Source: Ramazzottius varieornatus
Lineage: Eukaryota > Animalia > Tardigrada
Reading direction: 5' to 3'
DNA length: 64,000 nt
Assembly: GCA_001949185.1 (NCBI GenBank)
Contig: BDGG01000001.1
Coordinates: 5,259,624 to 5,323,623, forward strand
Under the pieces are notes generated by a model that saw nothing but the letters and a program-made list of their open reading frames with translations, was not told the DNA's origin and searched no databases. Below are positions 37,382-50,070 of this stretch, piece after piece (position 1 is the stretch's first letter; every line of letters begins with the position of its first letter). Position numbers and translations under genes: made by a program.

Positions 37382-38648
37382 TCAAGTTTCTAAAAAAATT
37401 TTCTCGGATTTCTCTCTTGTCAGCGGCTTCATCCGGTTCGAAACAGCTTCATTCAATAAATCTACGTTAAGCTGGACTTCAGTGTGATCGTCCATATCGA
37501 TGCACAAGTTGTGCAGAATCATACAACAAAGAATAATATGCTTGATTTTATCGAGGCTAGTGGATTCCACATATCTCAGAACTTTCAAGCGCTGTTTGAG
37601 AACACCAAAGGCTCTTTCCACCATCATTCTTATACTGGAATGAATTTCGTTGTATCGCAAATGCTGTTCAGACAGCTCGTCGCGGTTCGTGTAGGGTGTA
37701 ATTACCTTGATGGAGATAGGATAGGCAGAGTCCGCAAGGATTTGGTAGCCATCAGAAAGATTGTCTGAAAGACCAGAGTTAACGAACACTATTGCATCAT
37801 GGACACGTCCAGGGGCTCCAATTCACACGTGCAAAAATCAATTACGAAAACAAAAGCTTACTTTCGTACACGTTCACACCAGATGAAACCACAGAAAGAT
37901 AGACAAAAGTCAAACATACCAGTCAGGATCGACAAGGCCCTGGACGTTCAAGCTGCACTTCTGGTGGCGATTAATGTATTCTTCTCTCTTGTTGTCCGGG
38001 GCGGGGCACTTGATATGGGTTCCATCGACAGCTCCGAATACCCGAGCAGTTCCTTGGACTTCGGGCAACCTCCGGAACTTGTTCATCGCCTTTTGTACCA
38101 TCGTATCAAGTTTGACGCAGGAATGACTTTCGGGTACGTATGTTTAACAGCGAGGATAAATTTGTTGATGTATTTATGAGCGGTCGACTCTCCGATTCCG
38201 AACGTACTTAGACAAACACTATAGGAGATACCATTTGACAAGTAGTGGAGTCCACAGGCAAGTTGAAGTTCAGCAGGGAATTCGGGACGACCGAAAGGAG
38301 AGTCTTTTCCGGTTGCAGGCGAGTGCCCACATCGCGCAGTATTCTGGAGAAGGTTTGTCTTTTCACGCCGAATACCTTCTTTATGTCAGCATCGCTGTTG
38401 AAGATCTCCCAGAATCTAAGTAGACCGTACGCTCGAAGTTCGCGAACATACAGATTATGGTTGAGCCGGGAAAGTAGGGAAGATGCCATAGCGCAATTGT
38501 TAAGGATCATACAGGCTAGTTCTGCTGCGGCGGAAGTCTGGCTATCGGACAGCGCATTGCGAGTATCGGGCTAGGGCGGACGAAGAGATGATGCCAAGGC
38601 CATCACAGCAATCCTGACTAGATCAAACTGATCATTCGGAAGCTCCAT
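37382..38648 (-). pseudogene. HARBI1-like DDE_Tnp_4 transposase, degenerate
   Basis: FGVKRQTFSRI, FGIGEST, GAVDGTHIKCPAP, YINRHQKCSLNVQGLVD, PGRVHDAIVF, ILADSAYP, YNEIHSSIRMMVERAFGVLKQR, CCMILHNLC. Confidence 0.9.
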
Positions 38649-38715
38649 CTTCACATCGGAAGAGTTAAGGAGAAAAATGACATCTTCACATCGGAAGAGT
38701 TAAGGAGAAAAATGA
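38646..38715. repeat. Perfect 35-bp tandem duplication over the transposase start codon
   Basis: CATCTTCACATCGGAAGAGTTAAGGAGAAAAATGA x2. Confidence 0.9.
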
Positions 38716-40141
38716 CAACTCGGTGGACAGATAAAACGCATGATCAGTAGCACTCTCCAGTGCTGGGTAGAAAGCTACTAGCCTCTTTTGGCTAGTAGCT
38801 CTGGTAGGCGCTTCATAATGGAGTTGGTTGGCTACGCTGGTTGCCTACCCTGTCGCGTTCACAAAGGCGACGTAGTCGGCGACGAGGTTAGATGAAACGG
38901 GGTTGAAATGACTCATCGCATGATTTCTCGACTTTGTGAACGATATTTGGGTTGTTATGAGTAACCCACTGCTGGGTTGAACATAATCGCCTTTATGAAT
39001 GCTGGTTCATCATAATTCTCATAACGACCTAGTAGCCTACCACTAAATGAACACAGCCTTTGTCTTGCGTTTCTTGCGACTCTGGCCCCAATTTCGTGAT
39101 TACCAGCGTGGTCCATCTTCTTCCTCTCCGTGGCTGCACCGTAGCAACGAATGTGTCCAACGCCTTATCCAATACGTTACGTTCCTCCGAATCCTTCCTC
39201 CGCTTTCTACTCGAAATGCTTCATTCTGTCCCAACAACAAGGCAAAAGAGACCGATACAGCCGGATGGCCGGCTTTCTCAGAGTATTAACATAGCCCCAG
39301 ATATCGGATTTCCGGTCACCGATAATCCAAACAAGTCGGCACGGCAGTCGAGTAAGTTATTTAGCTGATTACCGTCTAACCACACTGCTAACACTCTATA
39401 GCGCTGACTCAGCCGGTACTGTAACCACGTCAGCTTACATTGCTGGTCGTTCAAACCCCAGAATTATCCGGAATTTGAAACTATACTCATGAGATCTTCC
39501 TACACATGCATATGTGTAACTGTGTTATAAATCATCGCAATACTCCGGATATGTACATGGGCTCATACAGGACTGAGACCCGGTCCTTCTTGACGATCCA
39601 GCTACACCACTGTCACTTGCGGCACTCATTGATGTTCGGTCATCGTCAGGCTCGGAACCTTACCGAGTCTTTGGATAAACGACGACTGTTTAAGCGAATA
39701 AAAACGCCATGTTGGCGTATTCAGGGAAAGTGTTTACTCTTGCAAAATCGAGCCTAATAAAGACAACAGCTCGGTCGGTATTCGGAAATTCTCTTTACGG
39801 TTTTTGTCATGTTCGGCCTGGTTGTTTTGGACTCTTTCGAAATTTACCATTCCATGAAGCAGGAAAGAGACTTGCGCTAATCTCGTGTTGTCCGGAGGGA
39901 TTTTTCCTGACGGAACTGCCAATGAGCATAACATGACCAGGCTGAACATAACTTCTACGAGGGCTCGATATAGCCATAAGGAATTATAGCATAATCAGAC
40001 AAAACGACACGTTTATCGTAAGTCAACCGAAAACGGTTGTTTATTCTGTTATTTGCGAATTTCACCTAGCTTTCCCCAGAACCTATGACCGAAAACAGAT
40101 ACTGCGTCAGCTGAAACAGTAAATGGTGTGTGCAGTTCGAA

Positions 40142-40680
40142 TTACGAATTCGGACAGAGTTTTGCCGGTGCTCGTGGACCAGCATTTGCCCTATCTTGTT
40201 CGGGTTGGGACAAACGGATTCTTTCTGCAAAAAGTCTTCCACGTAATCCAGACGTTCTTGTTCTGTTTTGACATCGGATGGTCAACCAGAAGCTTGGTAC
40301 TTGAGTGCGAGAAACAGATTGATGTAGGATTCGAAAAGCCAGCCCCTCGTTTGCGGTTCGCAAAGTTCTACTACATGATACCCAACAGCCTTGATGATTT
40401 CCGGCGTGCACCATGTTCCCACTAGCGCCCTGTTCTCGTCGTCGAGGTCGCATGTAGATTCGCTACGTTTTTCCGTAGCGCATGTGACGCACAGCGGAAA
40501 CGTCAGCTTGTCGGCTCGGAATGGCAGTATAGGGAGCCATCAATCTTTTGGAGGCAGGATTTTCAAGTAACCAAGTCCAAAATTTACTGCTCGATGCTTT
40601 TCACGGTTCGGTACGCGATATCATGTCCACCGACAGTATATGTTTCATCCTTGTCGACGAGTGGGTAATCGGATAGTGAA
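40142..40680 (-). pseudogene. Maverick protein-primed DNA polymerase B (pPolB) catalytic-region fragment (fragment B)
   Basis: Minus-strand frames give FGLGYLKILPPK, KLTFPLCVTCATE, RALVGTWCTPEIIKA, LFESYINLFLALKYQASG*P, NAGPRAPAKLCPNS (motif B, normally R..AKL.LNS); stops and frameshifts. Confidence 0.88.
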
Positions 40681-41288
40681 ACAATAATATGAAAGTAATC
40701 ATCAAATCGTGAGAAAAACGGTGAGGGTGGCGCAAATCTGGTTTCATGTGGGAAAGGTTTCCATGAAGCAAATATCCTGTACGATATGGAAAACAAAAAC
40801 GGTACCCATTTCAAAATGACTAGATCAAGTCCTTCTGGAAACATCAGTGCTTGATTTGAAGAAAAACGTGGCCTTCCATAGGTCGTTTAAGGATGGCAAT
40901 GAGTATGCCATTTGAGAAGGACCTGGCAATCAGTCGTTTGGAAACGAAAATGGATTAGTCATTTGAAAATGACGGATGATATGTCAGTCACACAACCACA
41001 GACAATTCATTCATTCAGGAATATGGGCAAACAAAGTTCAAAACTTTTCATAGCTGCCGGGGGTAAATTTCACTCACTCACCGTAGAACTCAAAGACGAT
41101 CGCACACCGTCAACCGAAATTCGATGATGTATTCAGTCACGTCAAGCTAGAAAACTTCAGAACCATTCATGATGATCTGGGGTTTGATTTCATTTCGCAG
41201 CAGCCACTGTAGTATAGGATAGGAGTCGAAACCGCAAAGTTGTGGGCGGTAACACAGAAGTTCTTAGACCGAATTTAAAAACGAATCG

Positions 41289-41579
41289 ATGGCGGTTCTT
41301 ACAGACAAAGAAGATCTTACGTATCGAATTTGTACTGGAATTTGTTCTTGTTGCGAGAGTCGGTCTCAGTGTCAACGAACCGATGTCTCTGGTAACTGCC
41401 TTGCCTGCACAAACTACGGTTACAGTGGAGGCAGTAACTCAGGCCAGTCTCCCGCCTTTGGCATGCCTGGCTCAGACATCCCTTACACACGTGGCGGCAT
41501 CTGTGCGTCTGACGTCGATCGTACACAACATTGCAGTGGAAGCACCAGTGATGGCGTTCCAACCACGCTGACAGGCTAA
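41289..41579 (+). CDS. Hypothetical small Cys/Gly/Ser-rich protein or exon
   Basis: 96-aa ORF with 9 Cys (ICTGICSCC...C...CLAC...C...C); no family recognised. Confidence 0.25.
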   Translation: MAVLTDKEDLTYRICTGICSCCESRSQCQRTDVSGNCLACTNYGYSGGSNSGQSPAFGMPGSDIPYTRGGICASDVDRTQHCSGSTSDGVPTTLTG

Positions 41580-42149
41580 TGAGAACATAGGAGCGACTGC
41601 CATGCAGAAGAACGATAACACTGTTCATGTGCTCCACGCTAATCTTTACGATTTGGTACTCCGAGCGGATGGACTCGGAGATCCCTCACGGTGTATTGCT
41701 GATTAGGTTTAGGTTTAGGTTTATTGGTTTAAAGTCCATCAGCACGGGAACTTGTCCCATCAAGGCTACAGGACATCACAATATCGGTAGAATGCAGTTG
41801 GAAAAGAGTATCATTTGTAAAGTTAGCATTTCAGGGCTGGCAGATGTTGATTTTGCCACTTTGGCTGCTTAGCCGTCTTTCTTCGTCAGAGTACGGTTTC
41901 TCAGTCCGAGCTCAAGCCAACAGGGCTTCTGAGACTGTGGGCTACCGGATCCACTCACTAAGGAGTTTACCCCGGTCCATGGTTCCGTTTGCAATTAACC
42001 TTGCTAGGCCAACATTAGAGTGGCTGTCGCAGGAGGGCTCCGTATACCACTATTCCCAAAATGTTTGTCTTTACCACCCTTTGCTTACAATAATCAACGG
42101 AAAGAGATCAGAACAATAAGTCAGAAGGAAAAAGCCGGTTTAGCAAAGG

Positions 42150-45100
42150 AAAAGAATTCCAGTCAACAGACTCGAGAGCTAGTTCAAATTTCCACTTAGT
42201 TTCATAGGCAGCAGCTGGGAAGTCCAGCCAGTTCCACAAGCTACACATTATCCCGACGAAGGAGTCAGGACTGGTGAGTAACTTTCGACCATTCAGGAAG
42301 GAGCCAGTGGGCTAAACGGGACAGGGATGCGTGCGTATTCTGTCCAGACTTCGCGTTGAGGACGAGGGACTAAAACCGTCTGGAATTTCTAAGGGCTGGA
42401 AAAGACAAGAACCCAACGGCACCGTACCAACAATAAGTCTGTAAACAAGAGATAGTGACAGTTTTATCCGCTGAATCAACTGGCTATTCCATCCAACTTC
42501 CAAGGCATTAAAGTGATACGGTTCGTGATCAGACCAGCTAGGGTTATCACCAAGCCGAACTGTGCGGAGAAACTTACCAGCGCACTTTTAAATTTCTCTG
42601 AGGATACCTACCAGCGACGACCACACAACCGATGGAAAATAGTCAAGTAAAGATTGCACTAGTTCATCAAACAGCCTGATGCGTGCTGCCGAGTTCCTGT
42701 ACTTGAACAAGGAATTCAAATATCGGATTCGCTTACGGACTGACGCGCATTTGGCAGACCAGTGAGCCGTCCAGGTTAGTCTGCTGTCGATGTGGATACC
42801 CAGGTACTTGACGGTGAGCGCACTAGGTATGACAGTTCCTTCCAATTTGTACTCTGCAGTATCTGGACTTCTGCGACGGCTTATACGAAGATGGGAAGAC
42901 TTGATAGGATTGAAGGTCAACTGATTCGACCTTCCCCAGGCGGCGATATTCTCTAGATCCGATTTGAAAATGTATTTATATCAGACATCAGAGCAATAAA
43001 TAAGATCGGACCAAGAACAGATCTCTGAGGGACTCCACTTGTTAGGGGCAAGAAGTCCGATGACTTACCGTTCACAGTAACCACCTGTCCTCGGTTCGAC
43101 AGATAGCTCTCTACCAATCTTCTGCACTGAGTTGGGACTCCAAACATCTCTAACTTCTGTAACATCACTTTGTGATCGACCCGATCAAACGCTTTCGTGC
43201 AGTCCAAAAAACTGCATCGATCTCAACCTTGCTGTGATTTACGTCTACCCACAACTGGGTTATGAGTAGACTAGCGAGCTCCGTTGAGTGACCCTCACGA
43301 AAACCTAAACTGATTACTCCCAAATGCATTCCTGCCTTCCAGGAAATTACGGAGTCGTTTGCCGATTACCTTTTCAAAACGCTTGGATATTGGGTGTAAG
43401 ATGGAGATGGGTCTCTACGAATAAACCGAAGTTGGGTCCTTCGAGATTTAGGGAAATACCCAGCGCTGCAACACAAGTTAAACAATTTCGTGAGAGCTGG
43501 AAATAGAGTATTACCTGTGCGTTGTAGAAGTCCTACAGTGACTTTGAAGGATCTGTTTGACTTCTTTGAGTCCATACAGTTAAGCGCTTCTTGCACCTCG
43601 TCTTCACCAATCAGTTTCCACTGCGGATCTGGCTCTTCCAATAAGAGGGCCGCCGGCTGATGGACACAGTGTTCAGTGCAAGGCAGCATGCCGCACACGA
43701 AAGCGGAATTAAGAAGCTCCGCTCGCTTGGTGTCGTCGTAGTGAAGTAGACCGTTGGAATCGCTGATGGGTGAGAGTGGCTTCTTGTCGACGCTTGTGCG
43801 AACGTAGTTCCAGAACTTCTTACTGTCCCGACGGGAGGCAGTTGCGATGTCGAGCAAGTTCCTTGTTTCGACCTTCTCAATAGCTGCTTCGAGTTTCTTT
43901 GAGTGATCTTTCCATGCTCGCCGTAATGCATCTTGCGGCGATTGAATCTTCTAAACGCAGCGTCTCTCACTTGTCTTAACTTCACAATTTCTTTTGGACA
44001 TGTGTGGTGGTTGCGTTTTTCTTCGCGCGTGACGTACCGGTGATAAGAAGAAGTTATTTCTACCAGAGCGTCATCCAGGACTTTAGCTGCACAGCGTAAC
44101 GTCATGACATCGAACTGGCCTTGTAGGTGGTCATCGCGTACTGCCTCGACGAAGGCTGCTTGAGATCCATTAACGAACTTCCATCGTGACTTCATGACTG
44201 GTCGCACTCTCTGTTTGGAAAGATGGAGTTTGAACTGTTGACCATCATGATCACACTTGGCGGAAGGCGGAGAGACTGAGGTTACATCTGTAACTAGAGA
44301 AGGTCTAGGGGTAGAATCAGATCAACAACATTGTTGTTTCGAGTCGGAAAATCTATCAGCTGCCTAAACGACATTTCTCTGCAAAGTTCTAACAAGACCC
44401 GCCCATTCTGTGTATCTGCCGTACATTTACCCTAATCGACATTCGGGGTGTTGAAGTCGCCAATTATTTCTTGTGGAAATGTTCGGAGGTGGTCGCTCAA
44501 CCGTTCTTCCACTACCTTGTTTGGTGGCGCATAGAATGCACCCACAATCACCTTTGCTGTCGGAAGCTCAATAACTAATAGTTCTATCTCACTGCACTCA
44601 AGATCAGCTCTGTGTCGAGTACACAACCCCATCTTCCTGACAACCATCGCCACACCTCCAAACCCATCTAAACGTGGTTTTCTGAAAACATTAAAACACC
44701 GTAAATCAACAAAGACGTCGTCGGCTATGCAGCCGTCATCCCACGTTTCAGTTATAATACAGATATCGGCAGCGGTGCACCACGATTTAACCTGCGCACT
44801 CTTGGACTTCACACTTCTGACATTGCAGTGGCGAAACAACAAAGTATGTAACTTGACGTTTAATTTTACATTGGGGAATTGGGCGCTCGCTGACTCAAAG
44901 AGCCGCTTGCACCCTCGGTAAGTTTTTTGCGATATATAGCTTTTGGAACCGCCTCTCTGAGATCACCTTGGCCACCGAACATAGCCAAGTCTGGAACGCG
45001 CCATGTTTAGGGACATTGTGCATATCGACCTTCTTCTCGACGCAGTTGCAGTATTTCACATCTGGGCCGGAACAGTCACGAGTTTCGCGGTCGTTCGAAG

Positions 45101-45962
45101 CACATTTTCCGCATCGATGTTGCTTACAGTTGGCAGCAATGTGGCAAAAGCGAAGCAAGCAAAACACTGGATCGACTTTTCCTCAATCCTGCATTTGATG
45201 AATCCGTTGACTAGGACATATCCCCTTGTCAACAAGGCCAGATTATTCTGTTCTGATACTTCTAGTAGGTACTGTCGCGTGACCTGGTCGTCTCTGCCCA
45301 TCTTCTTCACCACAGCGCAGTCGTCTGCTTCCACTCCAGAAGAGTCAGCAACAGCGCCCAGAATCTCTTTTTCCGTTACATCCTGTGGGACAAATTTGAT
45401 CACTACTTGGGGTTTTCTAGGAAGGCTTACCGAGTATTTCATCGCAGCAGTGCAGTTCTCGAGGGCTAATTTTAGCTTTATCGCGATCTTCTTTAGTGGC
45501 GAATTCGTAAACGGCTCCGTTGTTCGCAGTAGATCTGATTCCACCTAGCTTGACTTGATTACTTTCGGGCCCCAGGGCTGCCTGTACTTTGCTACCCAGC
45601 TCAGTGAGCTCACGGTTAGACTTCCGGTGTCCGTTATTTTCTTCCCCGTCGACAGGCTTCAGAATCAGGACATTGGGGTTTCGGTTTACCATATCGGCAA
45701 ACGTCTGTTTAGCGGCGGTTGTTTGGTAAGATGACTGTACGTCTTTGGCAGCTTGCTTTGTTGCATTACGAATACCATCTTTTATCTTGGCTGGTAACTG
45801 ATCAATCTTCTCCGCGAGCATCTTTAAGATCGATCCCTGTATTTTGAGTAATCCAGTGGACAGCAGGAAGACATCTTCCTTTACTTTGGCAGATTCCTTC
45901 ATCAAGACTTTCGTCTGGACATCTTTGAAGAAGCTTCCAACAGCAGTAGTCGGCGATCTCAA
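42150..45962 (-). mobile_element. Non-LTR retrotransposon (CR1/L2/Jockey-like): ORF1 gag-like with zinc knuckles + ORF2 APE-RT, degenerate
   Basis: ORF1 (44895-45962): QCFACFAF-HIAANC, CGKCAS, CNC...H...C knuckles. ORF2: CNVRSV, IITETW, GGVAMVV, IIGDFN, SKKFWNYV, LDCTKAFDRVDH, SGVPQRSVLGPILF, KYLGIHIDSRLTW. The YADD region is missing; many frameshifts. Confidence 0.9.
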
Positions 45963-47384
45963 GTGGAGTCATTCCGTTCGATTGATTGACTGAGCCAGGC
46001 TAGACGGGAAACAACACCACCTCCCACTGATCGAGATTCCTTCCTTACTGTCGAATAACAGTGCTTGACTCAATGTTCGACCACTTCCTAACAGTATTCG
46101 ACGAGGTAGCAGGACAGAGAGCGAAGCAGAGGGAGAAAAATCTTGAGCAGGAAGTACTACAGTAGACCACAAATATCCTCTCCCATCCAGGAACAGTGGT
46201 TAGTAAGGAGAAGACAAAAAGAAAATTCCCAGCTTCCTTGATTCTCGAGGTTTGCCTTAGCGATAAGCCGTTTAGCTGATTTTGTCGCGTTGTACGATCT
46301 GTGAAGGTAGTAGGCTTTTTCACGTTGTGAAGTTTGAGGTGCAATGCTGCGTCGTTGTCTGCTGTGGGCGTTGCCTTTTGCTGTCGATAGCTCTTAGCGA
46401 TAGCTCTTAGCCAGCAGACGAGATCTTCTTTTCTTACTCGCACCACACATTTTTCGTTCCTGCGATTGTTCGAAAGTATTGAAGGGACAGTCCTCGCGCA
46501 TCAACCGGATGGAAGTCCAGCCACCTAGGCGAGTATCTCGAAGTTTTCGTCGAGACTTAATTCCTGGCGGGACTGTAACGTCTTTTCAACCTCGAGCATT
46601 AGTCTCTGAATGGTCATCTGACTGCGAGGAATTGGTGAAGTCCAGATTGGCTGCGTTATGGCATGGATCATTTCCAGTATCTGTTCGAACGGGACCTCGT
46701 TCGGTTTTCTGATCTTGCACTCATAATTAGGAACTGTGGGGCTGTAACTTCTGATCTCTAAGCTTCTGGAGACGATAATACTTCTTAGTTTCCGACAGTC
46801 CGAGAACATGAGGTGCCAAATTAGTATCGTCAACCTCGTTATCAGTAAGTTTAGATGATCCACTGGAGGAAAGCGAACACGACCGAGAGTAGTCTGTCGC
46901 ATGTGACCGCGTGTTCGGTGGCATATTGAAAAGATGATTAAATGAGCAGCAGTTATGGAGTGATAGTTAAGACTAGGGCAGCAAAACGATTGGCTAATCA
47001 GGCAAGCAAAAGTTCCATACGAGGTGAAGGACATGGAGTTTTCCAGTGGAAACTTCGGACATGGAAATTTCCAAACTACGGTGTAGGGTGGCACCACAAT
47101 ATCTGACCGTTTTGTCACGTGACGTCTTACAGACTGGAATGTGTAACCGCAGCTAAGATTTGTGGTACGGTAAGGAATAGTCGGTGCAATGTAAACATTC
47201 AGTTGCACTTCTTTTTTCATAAAACCAAGCTCTCCGTTACATCACTATTCCCTGATTCCCACACATCACCTAGACGAAAAAACTCAGATAATGCAGAAAC
47301 AAGACACACAAATTGCTGTACTCGCAACAGGAAAGTCAGGAATCTCAGTAAGGTTGAAAACAATGCGAGTGTCACAAGAATATT

Positions 47385-48970
47385 TTAAGCTATCTCACAC
47401 TTCTTAGCTTTGCGTGCTTTCTTCGGCTCGATGTCTTCCACAGCAATCTTTCTCATCGCAGACGTAAGTGCTTTCGGATTATTTGCGGCAACATTCTCCT
47501 CGGTGGCTTGATTTATTCTGGCCGATCTGATAGCAGCGTCTGATTTCTTCTTGGCGGCCTTCTTGGCTTCTTCATTTTCCAGCTCAGCAACAAACTCATC
47601 TTGGCTTACCATTCCTCCTGACTGAAGATCAAGCTGCCTGTTTCTAACCCGTCGTTGCTTGACTGGTGCATCCTTAAACAACCGCTTCTGCAGTGCATTA
47701 GCTAAGATTTTCCCAGGGGTAATACCTTTCGCTTTCAGAAGAACGATTTTCTGAATTTCCTCCATGTCTTCCATGGAAGCATAATTATAGTTTTCATGCA
47801 AGACTTCAAACAGCTTTTCTCTATCCTTCTTTTTCTGAATTTGAAACTTCCGGCTGATTTTCTCCGGATCATGATGCGCCTTGACAGTCGCACGTATGAC
47901 CTCGGGATTGAAAGGGAATAATCCACACTTTTCAAATCCTGACTTCAAACATTCTCCGGCGTTGAAAGCGAATCGTTCGTCGCAACCCTCCACGCGAAAC
48001 CATAGCGTCACCAAGTGAGAAAGCGGTGTGTCTGTGGTAACCTGCTCAAACAAAAATGACGTGCCGTTCAGCAAGTGAACAATCTCGGAATGCAAGAATT
48101 ATTCGACATACCATTCCACCAGCCACTACATTACGGGAAGCAAGATAATTATGCCACTTCTTTTTGATGCCTCCGAAAACTGAAACGTCAAATGGTTGAA
48201 GATGATTCGTTTGTCCAGTCGGGAGGCAGAAGATTTCCACTCTTTTGCCTGTCTCTTTCAAGAACTCTTTGCAGTAGCGAGCCAAGAGAAGCCAGTTCAC
48301 ATGAGAAAAGTGACCGTCAACAAAGATGACATTCTGAAATTCAAAAAATAATTACCTCTTTTTTAATCAACCTAATATCTTTGTGACGTCACGAAATATA
48401 TCCGATACGAAAGTTTCCAGTGAATTGATGACTAGCTTACTGACGTCATGCACATCAAATTATTTTACCTTTGACTCGGTTATGGCCGGGAAGACCTCTT
48501 TCTTTATGTGATTTGCAAACAGGACTTGATCCATGTATCCCGAAGAATTAACTGCTTGATAGCACATGTTGAAAGTTCCATCTAGACGTGACTGGACTTG
48601 AAGCTTTCCAGAAAAAAGGGCCAACCCCGCAGCATCACCGAACGGAAGGACGGTGACGTACTCTTTCTCAGTTCCATCAAACTGGGAAGGAATTTGTTTG
48701 ACCGCCTTTCTTGCCACAACTCGATCGTACATTCGAGCAGTATCGAACGCGCTTTCATCAAGGTTGCACATTTGCTCAGGTCTTTCAAGAAATCCTTGAT
48801 CTTTCAGGATTTGTAGTTTGGCAATGTATTCGTGACAGCGCGTTGTTGTCCATTCTCTATCTTTCTTGCGGTTTGATGCATGGGCAATTCGCAGCGAGAG
48901 GTTTTCATGTCGGGTTAGGAAACGGCAGAAGTATTTGTCGTTGAACGAAGTGTTCGGTAAACCTGCCATG
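47385..48970 (-). pseudogene. Second spliced pogo/DDE_1 transposase (diverged relative of 13944-16019), 5' exon missing
   Basis: HASNRKKDREWT, NLDESAF, SQFDGTEKEYVTVLPFGDAAG, SGYMD, NVIFVDGHFSH, LQPFDVSVFG, FEKCGLFPF; introns 48334-48468 and ~48043-48111 at the same positions as in copy 1. Confidence 0.88.
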
Positions 48971-49129
48971 ATGATAGATGATAATACATGAACTGAAATT
49001 GTGGTGAGTGGATACAGAACTAAGCTGAATTTTATCACTGAAAAAATTTACCAAATTTACCATCTTCAGACACCAGACTAATATAATTATACCTTTCGTA
49101 AATTCGGTATCGCGTAATGACGAGACGAT

Positions 49130-50070
49130 CGACGGAACGTTGATATTCGGCCTTCATATACTTTACTGAAACTCGGCTGCACCATTGGACTGGATGCGAT
49201 TTAATGAATCTTTCCTTTCTGAGCGCGATGCTCTCCGCCTCTCGACGCAGAACTTCGCTTCGGTCGCACGCATAAAAGCCAAAACCCCCTTTTCCAACGG
49301 AAAAAGGAGGGACTACTCTAGAGCCACCCGTTATGGATTGTTTTCCCTTTTTGGTCATGAGCAAAGTTGCGCTAGGACTCCCATATTCCCGGTAGAAGAC
49401 GAACATTGCGTCGTTCTTCGCAGTTCACTACGTTGGAGAGGTGGTTCTGATTGCAAACTCGTCATTTTTTCCCTAGATCTGGCTGAAGTGCACACCTGAA
49501 AAACCACGTATGTAATGTGAGCAAATCGAATAGTAACAGACATGCTAAGTTGCGTGCCGACCCTACTTACGATCACAAGTTTTTTTGACTGCAGTTTGCA
49601 GCTCGTTTTCCCATAGCCGATCTGTACATATTCCAGGATATTGAGAACACCATGATCAACCGATATTTGTTCGCAAATAACACCGGGAAGTACATAGACG
49701 TGCTTCAGGACTTGGTGTATAACTAAAAGCATGCCCTGCATCGAACGATACGGATAGTACCGGTGGAGAAAAGACCACGACATACGTAAAAATTACTGAC
49801 CGAGGTTTCGCCAGCCTTGGTCGACCATGAACCAGCTGTACAACCGAAATATCTCGTGGGTTCGTCAGGCCGAGTGATGCTGACCGGTTTAAACTTTCAG
49901 AAAGCTTATTTCGGTACTTAATCGGGTAACATCTACCACGTTGATCATACTTTACCGGACCGGCAACCTCTACGGTATCGGTTGGTTGAAGTGGCGACGG
50001 GAAAACGGTGAAAGGTCTGTATTATCAGGCAGAGTTAATGGCAGGCGACAATAATGCAGTATCACGCATG
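49130..50070 (+). pseudogene. Second Maverick integrase, highly degenerate (fragment C); not evident in ORF track
   Basis: HWTGCDLMNLSFLS, FASVARIKAKT, MINRYLFANNTGKYIDVLQDLVYN*KHALHRTIRIVP, PKYLVGSSGRV...FQKAYFGT*SGNIYHV, VKGLYYQAEL, colinear with the integrase at 26808. Confidence 0.75.

Larger units (their letters stand above)
36102..39030. mobile_element. PIF/Harbinger element 2 (two convergent genes)
   Basis: Candidate TIRs AGGTCGTTATGA (36102) / TCATAACGACCT (ends 39030) enclosing the Myb/SANT gene and the nuclease; TSD not clear. Confidence 0.65.

Noticed and set aside
41702-41722. TTAGGTTTAGGTTTAGGTT telomere-like repeat
   Set aside because: Only ~3 units; too short to call an interstitial telomere, and the organism's telomere motif is unknown.
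47018-47075. TA|CGAGGTG... with GGACATGGA repeats as the 3' TIR of pogo copy 2
   Set aside because: Plausible, but the partner TIR is missing, so it cannot be verified.
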